A stretch of DNA of 62,994 nucleotides, the filler included, from Reclinomonas americana ATCC 50394 (lineage: Eukaryota), in the NCBI GenBank assembly GCA_048213135.1. It is 12 parts of 12 records of this genome, joined end to end, with 100 filler letters (N's around TTAATTAATTAA, not from the genome) between each part and the next. Parts side by side here need not be neighbours in the genome. Positions count along the whole stretch, not along the records: positions 10,568 to 19,468 come from AFZH01022011.1; positions 19,569 to 24,109 come from AFZH01022012.1; 10 more parts are not named here. One strand, 5' to 3'. Positions 11,897-24,209 of this stretch are shown here, piece after piece; position 1 is the stretch's first letter; each line of letters starts with the position of its first letter. The position numbers and the translations under genes are program-made. The notes beneath the pieces are model-generated. The model saw only the letters and a list, made by a program, of their open reading frames with translations. It was not told the origin of the DNA and searched no databases.

Positions 11897-11989
11897 AGGA
11901 AGCAGTTGTTATGATGATGAACTTCACACAAGTCGGTCGTCCCATTGTGTCGTTGAATCCTCCTTCCTGTCATCAAGAAGAGAAGATCA

Positions 11990-14489
11990 ATGGCGAGCAG
12001 TAGCACAGACACAACAGACAAGTGTGGTCCGGGCCCATGCGACAGCGATGAGGTGATGATTGTCAGTGGAGGCGAGGCCTCAGGATCTGGATCACAGGCG
12101 CCTGTGCGACCCATGATCAGCGTGGAAGTGCGCTACCGCAAGGATGTTGCGTCTCTCCCCCCTCTCTTCCTCTCCTCATGTTCTCTTTCTGTGGGGGCGA
12201 GTGTGCGATCTTTTTGGTGTTGTGTACAAGTGCGCGGGAAGAGAGTGATCATCATCATTGCCGACAACTGCTTCTGTAGGTGTTCACACTCCACTGCCCC
12301 GCGGACTCGGATGTGTTCTTCCTCAAGAATCTGATCGAGGAGGTGTGTGTGCTGCGGTTGCTTGCTGATGCCAGGCAGAGTGATGTTGACGACCAGTTGT
12401 TTGTACACAGCTCACTGATGTGCCGCCTGAAGGGTTTGAGCTGTCTCTCTTCATCTGCTGTGCGCTTTACATGTTGTCTCACAAGTGCGTTTGTGCGTGG
12501 GCGCAGTCAAAAGCTCATTGGCCTCACCAAGGGCGCGCCACCAGCGGATTCGGTGCGCAAAACTTTAGCTGTTGTATTTGGTCGCTTCTCACCGCCACTG
12601 ACGGGAATCGCTCTGTCTGTGCAGGTGGCACTCACCGATCTGTATGCTCCGCCGCGCCTGCGAGTGATGCTCGTTGCGATGCACTCTTTCCTCCTTTCCT
12701 CGTGCCCCTTTGGTATTCACTCGGAAATCATCGTTTTTGCAGATTGGTGATCCCGTCAAGAGGGTGATTTTGGCGCCCGACGAGGTGGAGGGTGTGCCGA
12801 TCTTGCTGGATGACTTTGACATGGATCAAGTGATGTCGGGTTTGTGATGTTTGTGCCTGTGGTGGCGAGCATCGTTGCACCTGCTAACTGCAAGCATAGA
12901 GGAGGAGATCCGATCCAGAGGCGAGATCGAGCGCAGCCTGCAGGAGCGTGTGCGCAAGGTACGCCCAGAGAGAGGCAAAGAGAAGGAGTTTATTGTCACG
13001 GTGTGGTGACATTGCAAGCAGCTCGAGATCCACTTCATCACGCCACCGCGACCCGGACGAAAACTCCTGGTCCTCGACATTGGTTTGTTGTGTGACCGGT
13101 TTTACATCCCTCCCGTCGATATTGCATTCACTCTTTGTCTTCCACTCCCGCAGACTACACCATCTTTGACTGCAAGAGCACTGTGGAGATTGCATGTTGC
13201 GTTCGCCACGAGCACTGCCTTGTGAATGGCTGTGGTGTATTGATGTGTGTGAGTCGACGCAGTGTGCAAACGACCAGGCACCGATGAGCTCCTGTCGGCC
13301 GTGTACCCGTACTTTGACATTTGCTTCTGTTGCGAGAATGCACGGCAGCCCGGGAAGAGTGTGGCGTGGAATTCACCGCGCATGCATGCACAGGGAGTCA
13401 AACCAAGTGGACGTGGATCGAGGCCAAGCTCACGGAAATGGGACTGCTGACACCGGGCATGCCGTTCCGCGTTGGCTGGAGTTGCGTGCTGCGCCGCTTT
13501 CGCTGACAGTACCGAGTCCCATCTCTGACACACCGTTGTGTCCCCAGTTCTGGACCGCACCATGATGTTCCCGGTGACATGGGTCGACAAGCACGGCGAG
13601 GAGAAGCGACATGAGGTGTGCTTGCTCACTCACTCCTTTCGCGTGCTCCATCACAGTCTCATTAATGCCTGTTGCTCTCGTGCGCACAGGTCAAGCCACT
13701 GGAGGTATACTCGTCAAAGATTGATGACTTTGTGCTCTGGTGTACACTGACATGTAGCGTGCAGCTCATTTGGCGCAAACTCGGTCACTTGTACAGCAAG
13801 TTGCGGCAGGCGCAGCACGACATGCAGCACAGGGGGAGATTTGAGGGGCAGCGATGCATTCCTCACACTCCCTCGTGCAACAGAATTGGAGGGATCTCTT
13901 TTTCAGTCTCTCTCTTTCTCTCTCTCTCTGTTGCATCGCCCTCAGCGTCACTCCCGTTGCACTCGTATCACTGCTTCTCACTCCTCGTACATCGCCCCCA
14001 ACTTCCTCCAGTTTGTTTCACACAACTCCTGTTGCTCTTGCATCACTGCTTCTCTGCATCGCGCTTCGACTTCCACCTTACAGGTTCACATCGCATTCCT
14101 TTCCTCTCCTCCCTGGCATGTTCTTCGTTTCCTCAGCACTTCCCTCACCCTTCCTGCACTTTAGTTTGATTCGCACTCCCGCCACAACCCCTTCTCACAC
14201 ACACCGCAACAGAGAGAATACCGTGCACGTCGACGATCTGGCACGCAACTTTGTGCTCAACCCTGCCAACGGAGTTGCGTATTCTCCCTCTGCCACATCG
14301 TCACCCCTTCCCCCGCTCACTCCCCGGACACAGATCCGAGTCCAGTCGTACAAGGAGGCAGAGACACGGTACGCTGACGACCGCGAGCTCGTGCTGCTGA
14401 CCAAGTACCTCGTGCAACGCGTGGCCCCACTGGCCGACGTCACCAGTGTCAGCCACAAGAACTGGCGCTCTGTAGCCGAGGAACTGTGA
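11990..14489 (+). CDS. UBLCP1: Ubiquitin-like domain-containing CTD phosphatase
   Basis: 16 exons. UBL part LTDVPPEGQKLIGL; HAD motif RPGRKLLVLDIDYTIFD; also ICFWSQTKW, VKPLELIWRK and ENTVHVDDLARNFVLNPANG. Confidence 0.9.
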
Positions 14490-14635
14490 TGACACCGCGG
14501 ACGACTTGCAGAGAGACAGCGCTCGTGTACACAAAATATATCGAGATTTGAACAGACAAGAATTCGTAACGCAGAGAGAGAGAAGGGAAGGGATTGAGAG
14601 ACAGGCAAGAGGATTAGGGAAGGCAGAGACGCAGA

Positions 14636-15509
14636 TTAGCCGTACAGCGCCTCACTGAGACCACGTATCCGGCGGGCGAGTTGAATGTCCTTGGGCTGAA
14701 TGGTGACACGCTTGGCGTGAATGGCACACAGATTTCTGCATTGTCGGAAAAACTCAGTCGCTGTGTGTTGTCGCAAGTTGATTGACGACAAGCCAAGAAA
14801 AAAACGCAACGAGTCCTCAAAGAGTCCCACCAAGTACGCCTCCGACGCCTCCTGCAACGCCTCCAACGCTCTCGCCTGGAAGCGGTAGTCCACGTGCGGT
14901 TGCACCGTTGCGGCAATCTCGCGAACGAGCCGCGCAAACGGCAGTCGTCTCATCAGCAACTCTGAGCTCTTTTGGTACTTGCGAATCTCACGCAGCGCCT
15001 TGGTGCCCGGTCGGTACCGCCGTCGCTTGCGCGATCCATCACCGCCAGCAGTACCAGCAGACACCGATGAGGCGCCACCAGGAGACATCAGACCGGCTGC
15101 GCAAAGAGAGAGAGAGAGAGTGAGTGACATCGCCATCTCGCACACACACTTTCGCTTTCGTGCACACGTACGCCTGCTCTCTCCTTTTCTCTCTCTCTCT
15201 CACTTTCTCCATCTCTTACTCAACGCCTGCTCGTCGAGCGTAGTGCACATCGGCAAGGAGACGGAAAGGCCAACGTGTCGCAGCATGTCACACACACGCA
15301 CTCACTTTCACACACACTCTCTTACACATCGACGTACCTCGCTCCAAGTGCTTCGACGACTTGCCCTTCTTCTTGTTCTTCTTGGAGGAGGCCGCAGAGA
15401 GGGCGGCCGACGAGGATGCAAGTGCCTTCTTCGGAACTTTGTCGCCCTTGTGTGCAGCCGACGACGCCGACGAGCCACCAACACGCTGACGACCACCGCT
15501 TGGAGGCAT
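14636..15509 (-). CDS. CENPA: Centromeric histone H3 variant (CenH3/CENP-A-like)
   Basis: Histone fold [18 protein letters not shown]...[11 protein letters not shown]...[28 protein letters not shown]. Long non-H3 tail, loop 1 two residues longer than H3, H3 Q68 replaced by A. Introns 15097-15337 and 14736-14810. Confidence 0.82.
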
Positions 15510-15789
15510 GATGACTTCGCTCTCGCACTCGCTCTCTCACTGTCGTCGATCGATGACAAAGGGAAAGACGCGAGCCGCTCGGAAGTGTGCAAAAGTGCGG
15601 GAAATCACTGTGCAACAATAACGGGGTCGGTGTGAGCGAGGTGTGTGCGCTCTTCACCTTTTGCTCTCTCTCTCTCTCTGTGCGGGATGTGCACATGCTC
15701 GCCCGTGTGTGTGTTTGTGCACAATGCGAGTTGAGAAGCACCATCAGGGCTCACACACACTCTCTCTCTTTGTGTGTGTGTGTTGCAGC

Positions 15790-16414
15790 ATGGCTCTCCC
15801 GCGAGGACGATTCGTGTCTGTGCTGTGCGCAGTGGCATGCGCTGCGCTGTTGATGCTCGGTTCGTGTTTTCCGCGTGTGTGAGAAGTGAGAAAGAGTGCG
15901 AAAAAAAGAGTGTGTGACATGTGCGGAATACAGTGGTTTCGTCGCCGGCGCCGGCGCACTCGATTCAGCTGATCAACACGAGCACCATGGGTGTGGCGTT
16001 TTACCAGGCCGGATCCATGAATCCGACACCGCCACTGCTGGCATCGTCGGCCAAGGCGCTGCTCATGCTGGCGCCCTACAATGCCGCCTACCTGCTGGAG
16101 TCCTGTTGCGTAGTGTGTGTGCGCGACTCACGGGAGAGAGAGCGTGCATCTCATGCGCATGTTGTGTGTGCAGTGAACATCACGTCGCAGGCGCAAAAGA
16201 TTTCGTCGACGGACCTCCCGGATCTCATCAATCTCGACACGGGCAAGTGGCCGGCGCTGTTTGATCTGTGCGCACCTGACGAGTCGCTGGTGTGCGTCAC
16301 CTCGTCGAATGCGACGGGCATCTACTTGCGCCAGTTCTCTGTGGCCACGCTGCACGACGTTCGCAGGCCGCTGTTTCTCGATGGACAGCCCATCACTGGC
16401 GGTACGCCAAACCG

Positions 16415-16448
<34 letters not shown>

Positions 16449-19400
16449 CCGCCTCGCCCCCTCTTCTCATTCTCCTCGCAGTGCTAAACACCGTCAATCA
16501 GCATCTGCTGATCGTGGCCTCCAAGGGACCGACTGACCTGGTGCTGTACGATGTGGACCCGGCAACGTGGACGCTGGTGAAGACCTCGCCACTCGAGGCC
16601 AACGATGACCCACAGGTGGCTGGATTCAATCCACACACGTCTGACCTGCTGCTCGGCTCCTCCAAGGCCTCTGTCGGCATTGTGCGATACGCCACCGCCG
16701 GCGCCGCCGTCAAGCGTCTCGGCAATCTGGCGCTGCCGTCGGCATTGGTGTCGCCAATCATTGTCGACAGTGAGCATGACATGGGATACGCCGGCACCGG
16801 CGTCGGCACTCTGCTAAAGGTGAATCTCACGGCTGTGCCGCCGCCCCCGCCACCCAACAACACCTTGTCGGAGATGCTGCTCCTGGGCGACGACTACGCG
16901 GACTGGTATTCTGCGCCGGCCCCTCACTACTGGCAGTTGGATCTGCCGGGATACATTAGCGTCGGCGGCATCGACTTTACCAACGCACAGGGCTACTTCT
17001 CCGAGGCCGCCAAGTCGCCGATGTACATTGTCGACATGGTGACGTTCCAGAAGGTGAAAAACATCGACACGGAAAGTTACGTCCATCCACCCTCTCTCCC
17101 CTCTCTCTCCGTCCCTCCCTTCATCACACTCACTCTCTCGTGTCGCCGACAGTCACTGGCATTGTTGTTGGCCCCGCCGCCACGGCGATCACCGCACTGC
17201 ACCAACCACGCTTTATTGACACGTGGGAATTGTCGGCGGCTGATGTTGCGTGTGTCCCCCCCATCTGTTTCTTGTTGTGAGGGATTGAGACTGAGTTTGA
17301 TTCCGACTGCACCCAGCCGGTATCGAGCGTGACCTTTACGTCGACCACCAGCACCACTGCCGTGTTGTCGTGGACTGACCCCATTTACAACGGCGGACTG
17401 GCCATTACCGAATATCAAGTGGAGGTGTGTGTGTGTGTGTGTGTGTGAGCGTGCGTGTGCACAGTGATGGGATTCCTTGAACACTGACCGCGAATGAGTG
17501 CAGGTTTCGACCAAGAACACATTCCCGGTGAACACGACGCACGTTCCCGGCTCCGCTGCCAACCAGCTGTCGCTCACGAATCTGTTGGCGGGCACCAAGT
17601 ACTACGCCCGTGTGGCTCCAGTCAATGCCATGGGTCGTTCCGACTGGCTCACCCAGACGGGCGCCACCATTCGTGAGTCACTTACTTGTTGCCATTCCTT
17701 CTTTATTTCTGCTTGCGCGCTCTCATCGAGGTCAATACGTAGCGAGCACACCAACGACGCTCACTACGCCCACGATTGCCGACATTTCGGTGTCACTGTC
17801 ATGGACGCTGCCGGTCGACGGCAATGCGTTCCTCACGAACCACCTCGTGCAGTACTCTACATCGGCGACATTCACGAGCCCAGTGTCGATCCTCACCAAC
17901 TCCACTCTGCCGTCGTTCACCGTCACCAAGCTCACACTGGGAGTCAAGGTGCGTGTGTAGACTGCGTCTGACTGTGTATCCTCTTTGTCTCACACTCTGT
18001 TATGCAGTATTACTTCCAAGTGGCATCGATGAATGCCGGTGGTCGTAGTGCTTACTCCGGGAGCGTCAGTGCCACGACCAAGAGTGCGTACTCGACCGTC
18101 CTCAATGTCGCCCACTCATTTATTCGTTTCCTACTCACTCACTCACACTGTTGTTTCGTTTCGCAGCCGTCGTACCGGATCCACCGAAAAAGCCTGGTGC
18201 CACCAAGGTTCAGGGACACGCTCTGACGCTGACCTGGGATCCAGCACACGATGGTGGCACGTCCATCACACAGTACGCCGTGCAAGTATCGCAGTCGTTT
18301 GGTTTCTCCGACAACCTGCAGTTTGAGTCGACCATGTTTCGTGCCTCGTGCCGACTGTTTTTTTTTTATTATTATTTCCTCGTGTAGTACTTCCATTTTG
18401 ATCTCACCACGCAATGCGCAGTCCGATGCTGAACGTGACTGGTCTGTACGGCGGTACGCAGTACTATTTCCGAGTTGCCGCACGCAATGCTGTCGGACTG
18501 GGTCCGTATAGCTCGGCCTTGGGACCCGTGACGACACTTCGTTGCGTGTGGGGGGTCGTTCGTGAACCTGCCGCCGCCGTGTATTGACGGTCTGCTGTGC
18601 AGCCACTGAGCCGTCGGCGCCGTACAAGCCCTCGGTGTCACAGATCACGAGCATGGTCGACAGCCAAGTGCAATTTGTGTGGAACAAGGGCAACTCGACG
18701 GGCGGCTCGCCAATCTCGCAGTTGCGTCGTCGTTCACCTCGGGCTTCACTTGGCTTCGTCTTTCACTAACAGAAACACTTGCGTGCAGCTATCGCATCTC
18801 CTACCGCCGGAGGCCAGTGGTGGGCCAGGACGGGCAGGAGACCACGGGTTACGTGGACTCGACGACTCCCGACACTCAGCTGCTGGTGAGCGTGGAGGAT
18901 CTCGGTGGTGGAGCGTCGTTCTGGATATCCTCTGCCGTGTCGGCCGTCAACACACTCGGATCGAGTCCGCTGAGCCCCTACAGTGGCGAGGTCGAAGTCT
19001 TCACGGACGTGTCGCCGCCTGGCTCGCTCAACATTGGCCTCATCATTGGAGGTGTGACGCGCTCTCTGGACCTGCGCAGATACAGTACCCCTGCTCATCC
19101 GTATGTCGTGTGTGTACGCGCAGTGGTGGTTGGCGGTGTCGCGTTTGCGGCCATTGTGACGATTGTGATTGTGTATGTGGTTCGGCGCCGTCGCCGTGCA
19201 TTGGGCACCGAGCCCGACGAGCCGCAGCCGAAGCGCCAGCGCCGTGGACGAGTTTCGTGAAGTCGTCCGCCTCACTGCTCACACTCACAAAGTACACATC
19301 GGTGGCTAACATTGTGGCCCCCTTCCCCTGCAGGTCCGCCTCCTCGACGACACCGACGACGGAGTTGGCGACGGCTACGGCACCGCTGCGCCCTCCGCTC

Positions 19401-19468
19401 CTGACCCACTGCCACCTGCGCCTGCCGTCACAGCAGCTTCTGCACGCCCCGCTCCCGCCCCACGTGCA
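15790..19468 (+). CDS. Single-pass receptor-like protein: signal peptide, beta-rich N-terminal region, four FN3 repeats, TM; 3'-partial
   Basis: Signal MALPRGRFVSVLCAVACAALLML. FN3 motifs LSWTDP..NGG..ITEYQV, TKYYARVAPVNAMG, LTWDPAHDGGTSITQY, YYFRVAARNAVGLGPYS. TM IGLIIGVVVGGVAFAAIVTIVIVYVV followed by RRRRR. Confidence 0.85.
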
Positions 19469-19568
19469 NNNNNNNNNNNNNNNNNNNNNNNNNNNNNNNN
19501 NNNNNNNNNNNNTTAATTAATTAANNNNNNNNNNNNNNNNNNNNNNNNNNNNNNNNNNNNNNNNNNNN

Positions 19569-20825
19569 GACAGACGGCATAACAAAGGGTCTTGTGAGGT
19601 CCTCGATGGTGATGTAGCCTGCGCGCGCGTGCGAAACAAACGTGAGTGGTGGCGTGGTGCGCGCCAAGAGCAGCGCGAATGGAAAAACGCAACGAGGGCC
19701 ATCAAAGTTGGCAGCCTCCAGGAAATGCGCGCTCGGCAGCGCGGGATACCGATGCAGTGTGACCTCGGTGGTCTGCTGCACGAGATCGACCACCGTCCGG
19801 TCGTGCGCGGCGGCCACAAACTCCTTCTCGTCCACCATGACCACATCGTCGCCAGCATCGTGCGGCAGCGGTGTCACCTTGTGCAGCGTGGCGACGCCGA
19901 GGAACCGCGGCAAGAACTGCAGCAAGCTGTTGGAACTCGACTGCGCATCCCCAAAGAAGCGCAGATAAATGTCGAGCTCGCGGGCCGCCGCCGGCTTGAA
20001 CAGCACCGAATAGGTGGCTGCGCGAGCGAGAGAGACGTGAGTGAGCTCCAAAAAAAAAAAGCGGAGAAAAACACCACGAGACACGCAACAGCTTTTGACA
20101 ATGTCAAAGTGGCCAGCCACCTGATGCGGATGCAGTGCCGTGGTCTCGACCCAGCGCATGATAGCCTCATCGCCCTGCTCACCACCGCCACCATTTGCAA
20201 TGGAGCTCTTGTCTGTGTAATACATACACACGCATTTGCATTCGCAGTCAGCGCGCACGGACAACAACAACAACAACAACAACAAACAAGAGGCATCTGC
20301 ACGTGTATGCACAACACAGAGAGAGAGAGAAAGAAAGTAATGCAAAGAAAGAGCGTGCACAGAGAGAGAGAGAGACAGACAGGGGCGCAAATCTGGATAT
20401 GCGTGTTATGCTCGCACACCTATAACAACGAGCACTCTGCGCACGTGTATCTCTCTCTCTCTCTGTGTCAGTGTGTGCACTCGGCACATGAGCAAAAGAT
20501 GACATTGAAAAAAACACAGACACACACAGAGAGAGAGAGAGACACGCGGAAATGGATGAGCGCCTCCGATGATACTCGCAGATTCACACTGCAAAATGCC
20601 ACTCTTGTTCTCCTCACACACGCGCGCGCACTCACAAACAATGAGAGAAAGAGAAAGAGAGCGAGTGCGAGACACACAACACGAGAGAATGAGAGAGAGG
20701 AGATGCGCGAGTCGGCACATACACAAACATCAGTGAACAATCTCCTCGCTCGCTCACTCACTCATTCACTCACCAGGCGCCTTGACAAACGGCGGATTGG
20801 CGGTGTTCTCGAGCGCAGTGGACAT
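19569..20825 (-). CDS. Inositol polyphosphate kinase (IPK/IPMK family), 3'-partial
   Basis: HQVAGH, LFKP...RELDIY, LQFLPRFLG and YITIEDLTRPFVMPSV (just before the expected PxxxDxKxG). Introns 20213-20773, 20018-20089 and 19619-19693. Confidence 0.85.
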
Positions 20826-21022
20826 GATAGAGTGTGGCGAGTGGCGGAAGAGGAGAGAGCAAACAAACGCCAAGTTCACGATCCGTCGGTTCGATTTGTC
20901 ATATAATACCGGCTGGGCTCATTTGTGTGCGAGTCGCCTTTTTGAAGTTGCGGTACAAGTAGGCGGTGCTGCATCAGATCCGCGCGGTTGTGTAATTGAA
21001 GCTGCACTATGTACGGTATAGA

Positions 21023-21691
21023 ATGAGCAGCGGTGAATCGATGATTGTGTATGTGCCGCCGCCGGCATTGCATGTGCTGTGCCAGGCGATTCCCGCGCGC
21101 CTCATGATTGGCTGCTTGGTGTGCGACTCGTCATTGGTGTTTGCGGTGCATGTGAATCCGACAACGGCCAATGGGCGGCTGCTGGTGCGTTTGGTCAGCA
21201 CCACTGGTCGCCTCGGTGAGCTCGAGGATGGCGGCGATGAGCCGGTGGATGTGAGCACAATCAGTCGTGCGTATACGGCGAGCGAGTTGTTTGGCTTGCA
21301 TGCGTGCATGGCGGTGTTGGCGACGGCGCTGCAGCCGTATTGCGTGCAAGAGTGGGTCGCTGGCAACAATGCGCAGAGTGTCGACGAGGAGAGGCGAGTG
21401 GTGGTGGGGGCGCGGGAGCCTGGCATTCTGCATGCGCACTTGGCGATTCGTGTGCAGCCGCCGTCGCTGCAGCCGCCGGTGCCGATTGATGGCGTGCCCG
21501 TCGGCACCGAGTTGCACCTGTCGACGGGCAAGGTGCCGTGGGCGGAGTGTGCAGAGGGCACACTGGAGGCGTTTGTGGAGTTTGTGCGTGAGGCCGTGGC
21601 GCGTGCGTGGGAGGCCGAGGATGCGGAGTCGTTGAGAGCGTGTGCGGCGCGCGCTGCGGTGGAGTGGTTTCCCGCGCGCCGTCGCCAGTGA
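21023..21691 (+). CDS. Intronless hypothetical protein (~222 aa)
   Basis: Long ORF with GC-rich coding-like codon usage, divergent from the IPK gene. No motif recognised. Confidence 0.55.
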   Translation: MSSGESMIVYVPPPALHVLCQAIPARLMIGCLVCDSSLVFAVHVNPTTANGRLLVRLVSTTGRLGELEDGGDEPVDVSTISRAYTASELFGLHACMAVLATALQPYCVQEWVAGNNAQSVDEERRVVVGAREPGILHAHLAIRVQPPSLQPPVPIDGVPVGTELHLSTGKVPWAECAEGTLEAFVEFVREAVARAWEAEDAESLRACAARAAVEWFPARRRQ

Positions 21692-21859
21692 GGAGGCGAT
21701 GGCGGTGGTTGGGGGCGTGGGGCAGGCGGCTGTGTGCACGTGGGATTGAGCGGAGGTGAGAGAGACGCCAGCTTTGTCGTGTCCGCACCAAGTGTGACAC
21801 TCTGCTCAATACCTCTCCGTCGCTGCCGGTTGTGTTCAGTCGAGTTCTCGTCGAGTCTG

Positions 21860-24109
21860 CGGCAAGACCCACAAGTGCGGCCACGGCCACCGGCCTCGTG
21901 CGCACAAGAGCCTCACTGGTGCCCACGATGCGATGGTGAGAGAGGCAATGGCGAGCTCCTTCATCGTCCTTCAGCAGAACTCATTCCAGGGCTGCCGCAC
22001 CCCTCTCTCACTTTTGTTTCTCTTTTTCCCCGGTTCGGTGTCACAGACTCGACAGGCAAGTGGACGATTGAGGAGGCAGGCCCACAACACTGCTGCATGG
22101 CAATGGAACTGCGCACACAAGAGGCAAGCTGGCACCCATACTTGAAGGTGAGAAGGGCCAAGGCAAGCTCCTTCATCATTCTTCCAAAACATTCGACTCC
22201 GGGGCTGCCGCACTTCCTTCTCTTTTGCTTCTTTTTGCTCCCTCATATGCCTGCCACAAGGAGGACTCTTGATCTTCTCACGTGCGCTTCTTGCCTCCCC
22301 TGCATTCCCCTTTTGCCTGTGCATGTGCATGTGCTGGCTGAATATCGTGCATACATCATTTGACAGTTGACCTGGCCCACAACAGTATTGCACGACACTG
22401 TTGCCGTGCAGACAAGAGCCAGGCCGATGTGCAGTTCAACAGGTGAGAGAGGCAATGGCAAGCTCCTTCATCTTACCAAGAAAGCCCACAATGATCACTG
22501 ACTCCGGGGCTGCCGCACTCCTTTCTTTTTTTGCACTTTTCTCTTTTGTGATGCATGATGCACTGACAGAGTACCATTTGTATTCGACAGTCGACTTGGC
22601 AAGTGGACGATTGAGGAGACAGGCCCACAACACCGCTGCATGGCAAGGGAACTGGGTACACAAGAGGCGAGCCGGCACCCAGACTTGAAGGTGAGAAGGG
22701 CCTACCAAAACATTCGACTCCGGGGCTGCCGCACTTCCTTCTCTTTTGCTTCTTTTTGCTCCCTCAAATGCCTGCTACAAGGAAGACTCTTGATCTTCTC
22801 ACGTGCGCTTCTTGCCTCCCTTTTTGCATACCCCTTTTTGCTTGGTGCGTGCACATGCGCTGACTGAATATCGTGCATACATCATTTCACAGTCAAAACT
22901 TGGCCCACAACAACATTGCACGACAATCACACTGCACAGACAAGAGCCACGCCGATGTGCAGTTCAGCAGGTGAGAGAGGCAATGGCAAGCTCCTTCATC
23001 TTACCAAGAAAAGCCCGCAATGATCACTGACTCCGGGGCTGCCGCACTCCTTTTTTTTTTGCGTTTTTTTCTTTGGTGATGCATGATGCACTGACAGAGT
23101 ACCATTTGTATTCGACAGTCGACTTGGCAAGTGGACGATTGAGGAGACAGGCCCACAACACCGCTGCATGGCAAGGGAACTGGGTACACAAGAGGCGAGC
23201 CTGTGCCCTGGTCAGAAGGTGAGAAGGGCCAAGGCAAGCTCCTTCATCATTCTACCAAAACATTCGACTCCGGGGCTGCCGCACTTCCTTCTCTTTTGTC
23301 ACTCTACTTGCTTCAGCGGTCTCTTCTCGTTTCCTTTTTTTGACATGTCCCGTTTTGTACACTGCTGAGTTCGACGGTCAAATTCACCAATCCCAGTCTG
23401 GGCCCACAACTCTGCTCTTGCATAGTCGGTCTGTGGAGATAAGAGGCAAGCTAGCACGCTGTCTTCTCAGTGAGAGAGGCCATGGCAAGCTCCTTCATTG
23501 TGACAACGTTTTCCAACATTATCCAGTTCGTGCATTTGTTCCCGCATTTGCATTCCCCTCCGGGGCTGCTGCACTCCCCTCTCTTTTTTGCTTGGTTTTG
23601 CTCTCCTCAACCACAAAGAAGACTCTTGATCTTCTCACTTGGGCTTTTTGGCCGACACATTCCTCCTTTTGTGACACATTCCTCCTTTTTTGCATTCCCT
23701 TTGCTTGGAGATTGCACATGCGCTGACCGAGTATTGTGTGTGTATTTCACAGTCAAAACCTATGCCCACAACAGTATTGCACGGCAGTCACACTGCACAG
23801 ACAAGAGCCATGCCGATGCTCAGTTCAACAGGTGAGAGAGGCAATGGCAAGCTCCTTCATCTTAAAGAAAGCCCGCAATGATCACTGACTCCGAGGCTGC
23901 CGCACTCCTTTCTTTTTTTGCACGTTTCTCTTGATGCATGACGCTGACAGGCCCATAACATCACTGCATGGCAATGGAACTGTTTACATAAGAGGCAAGC
24001 CGGCACCTAGACTTGAAGGTGAGAAGGGCCAAGGCAAGCTCCTTCATCATTCTTCCAAAACACTCGACTCCGGGGCTGCCGCACTTCCTTCTCTTTTGTC
24101 GCTCTACTT
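21860..24109. repeat. Complex tandem repeat: 9 units of ~190-360 bp in two alternating subtypes (~530-bp higher-order dimer)
   Basis: Core GTGAGA(G/AG)GGC.A.GGC.AGCTCCTTCAT...GGGCTGCCGCAC at 21936, 22148, 22443, 22691 (internally deleted), 22971, 23219, 23470, 23832 and 24019. Runs off the contig end. Confidence 0.92.
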
Positions 24110-24209
24110 NNNNNNNNNNNNNNNNNNNNNNNNNNNNNNNNNNNNNNNNNNNNTTAATTAATTAANNNNNNNNNNNNNNNNNNNNNNNNNNNNNNNNNNN
24201 NNNNNNNNN

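Noticed and set aside
19629..20906. 425-aa plus-strand ORF and similar long antisense ORFs (1201-2100, 3722-4882, 28639-29619, 48104-49081)
   Set aside because: Shadow ORFs opposite real GC-rich genes, with no recognisable motifs.
21860..24109. CRISPR array
   Set aside because: Units are 190-360 bp, the variable parts are homologous to each other, the context is eukaryotic and no cas genes are present.
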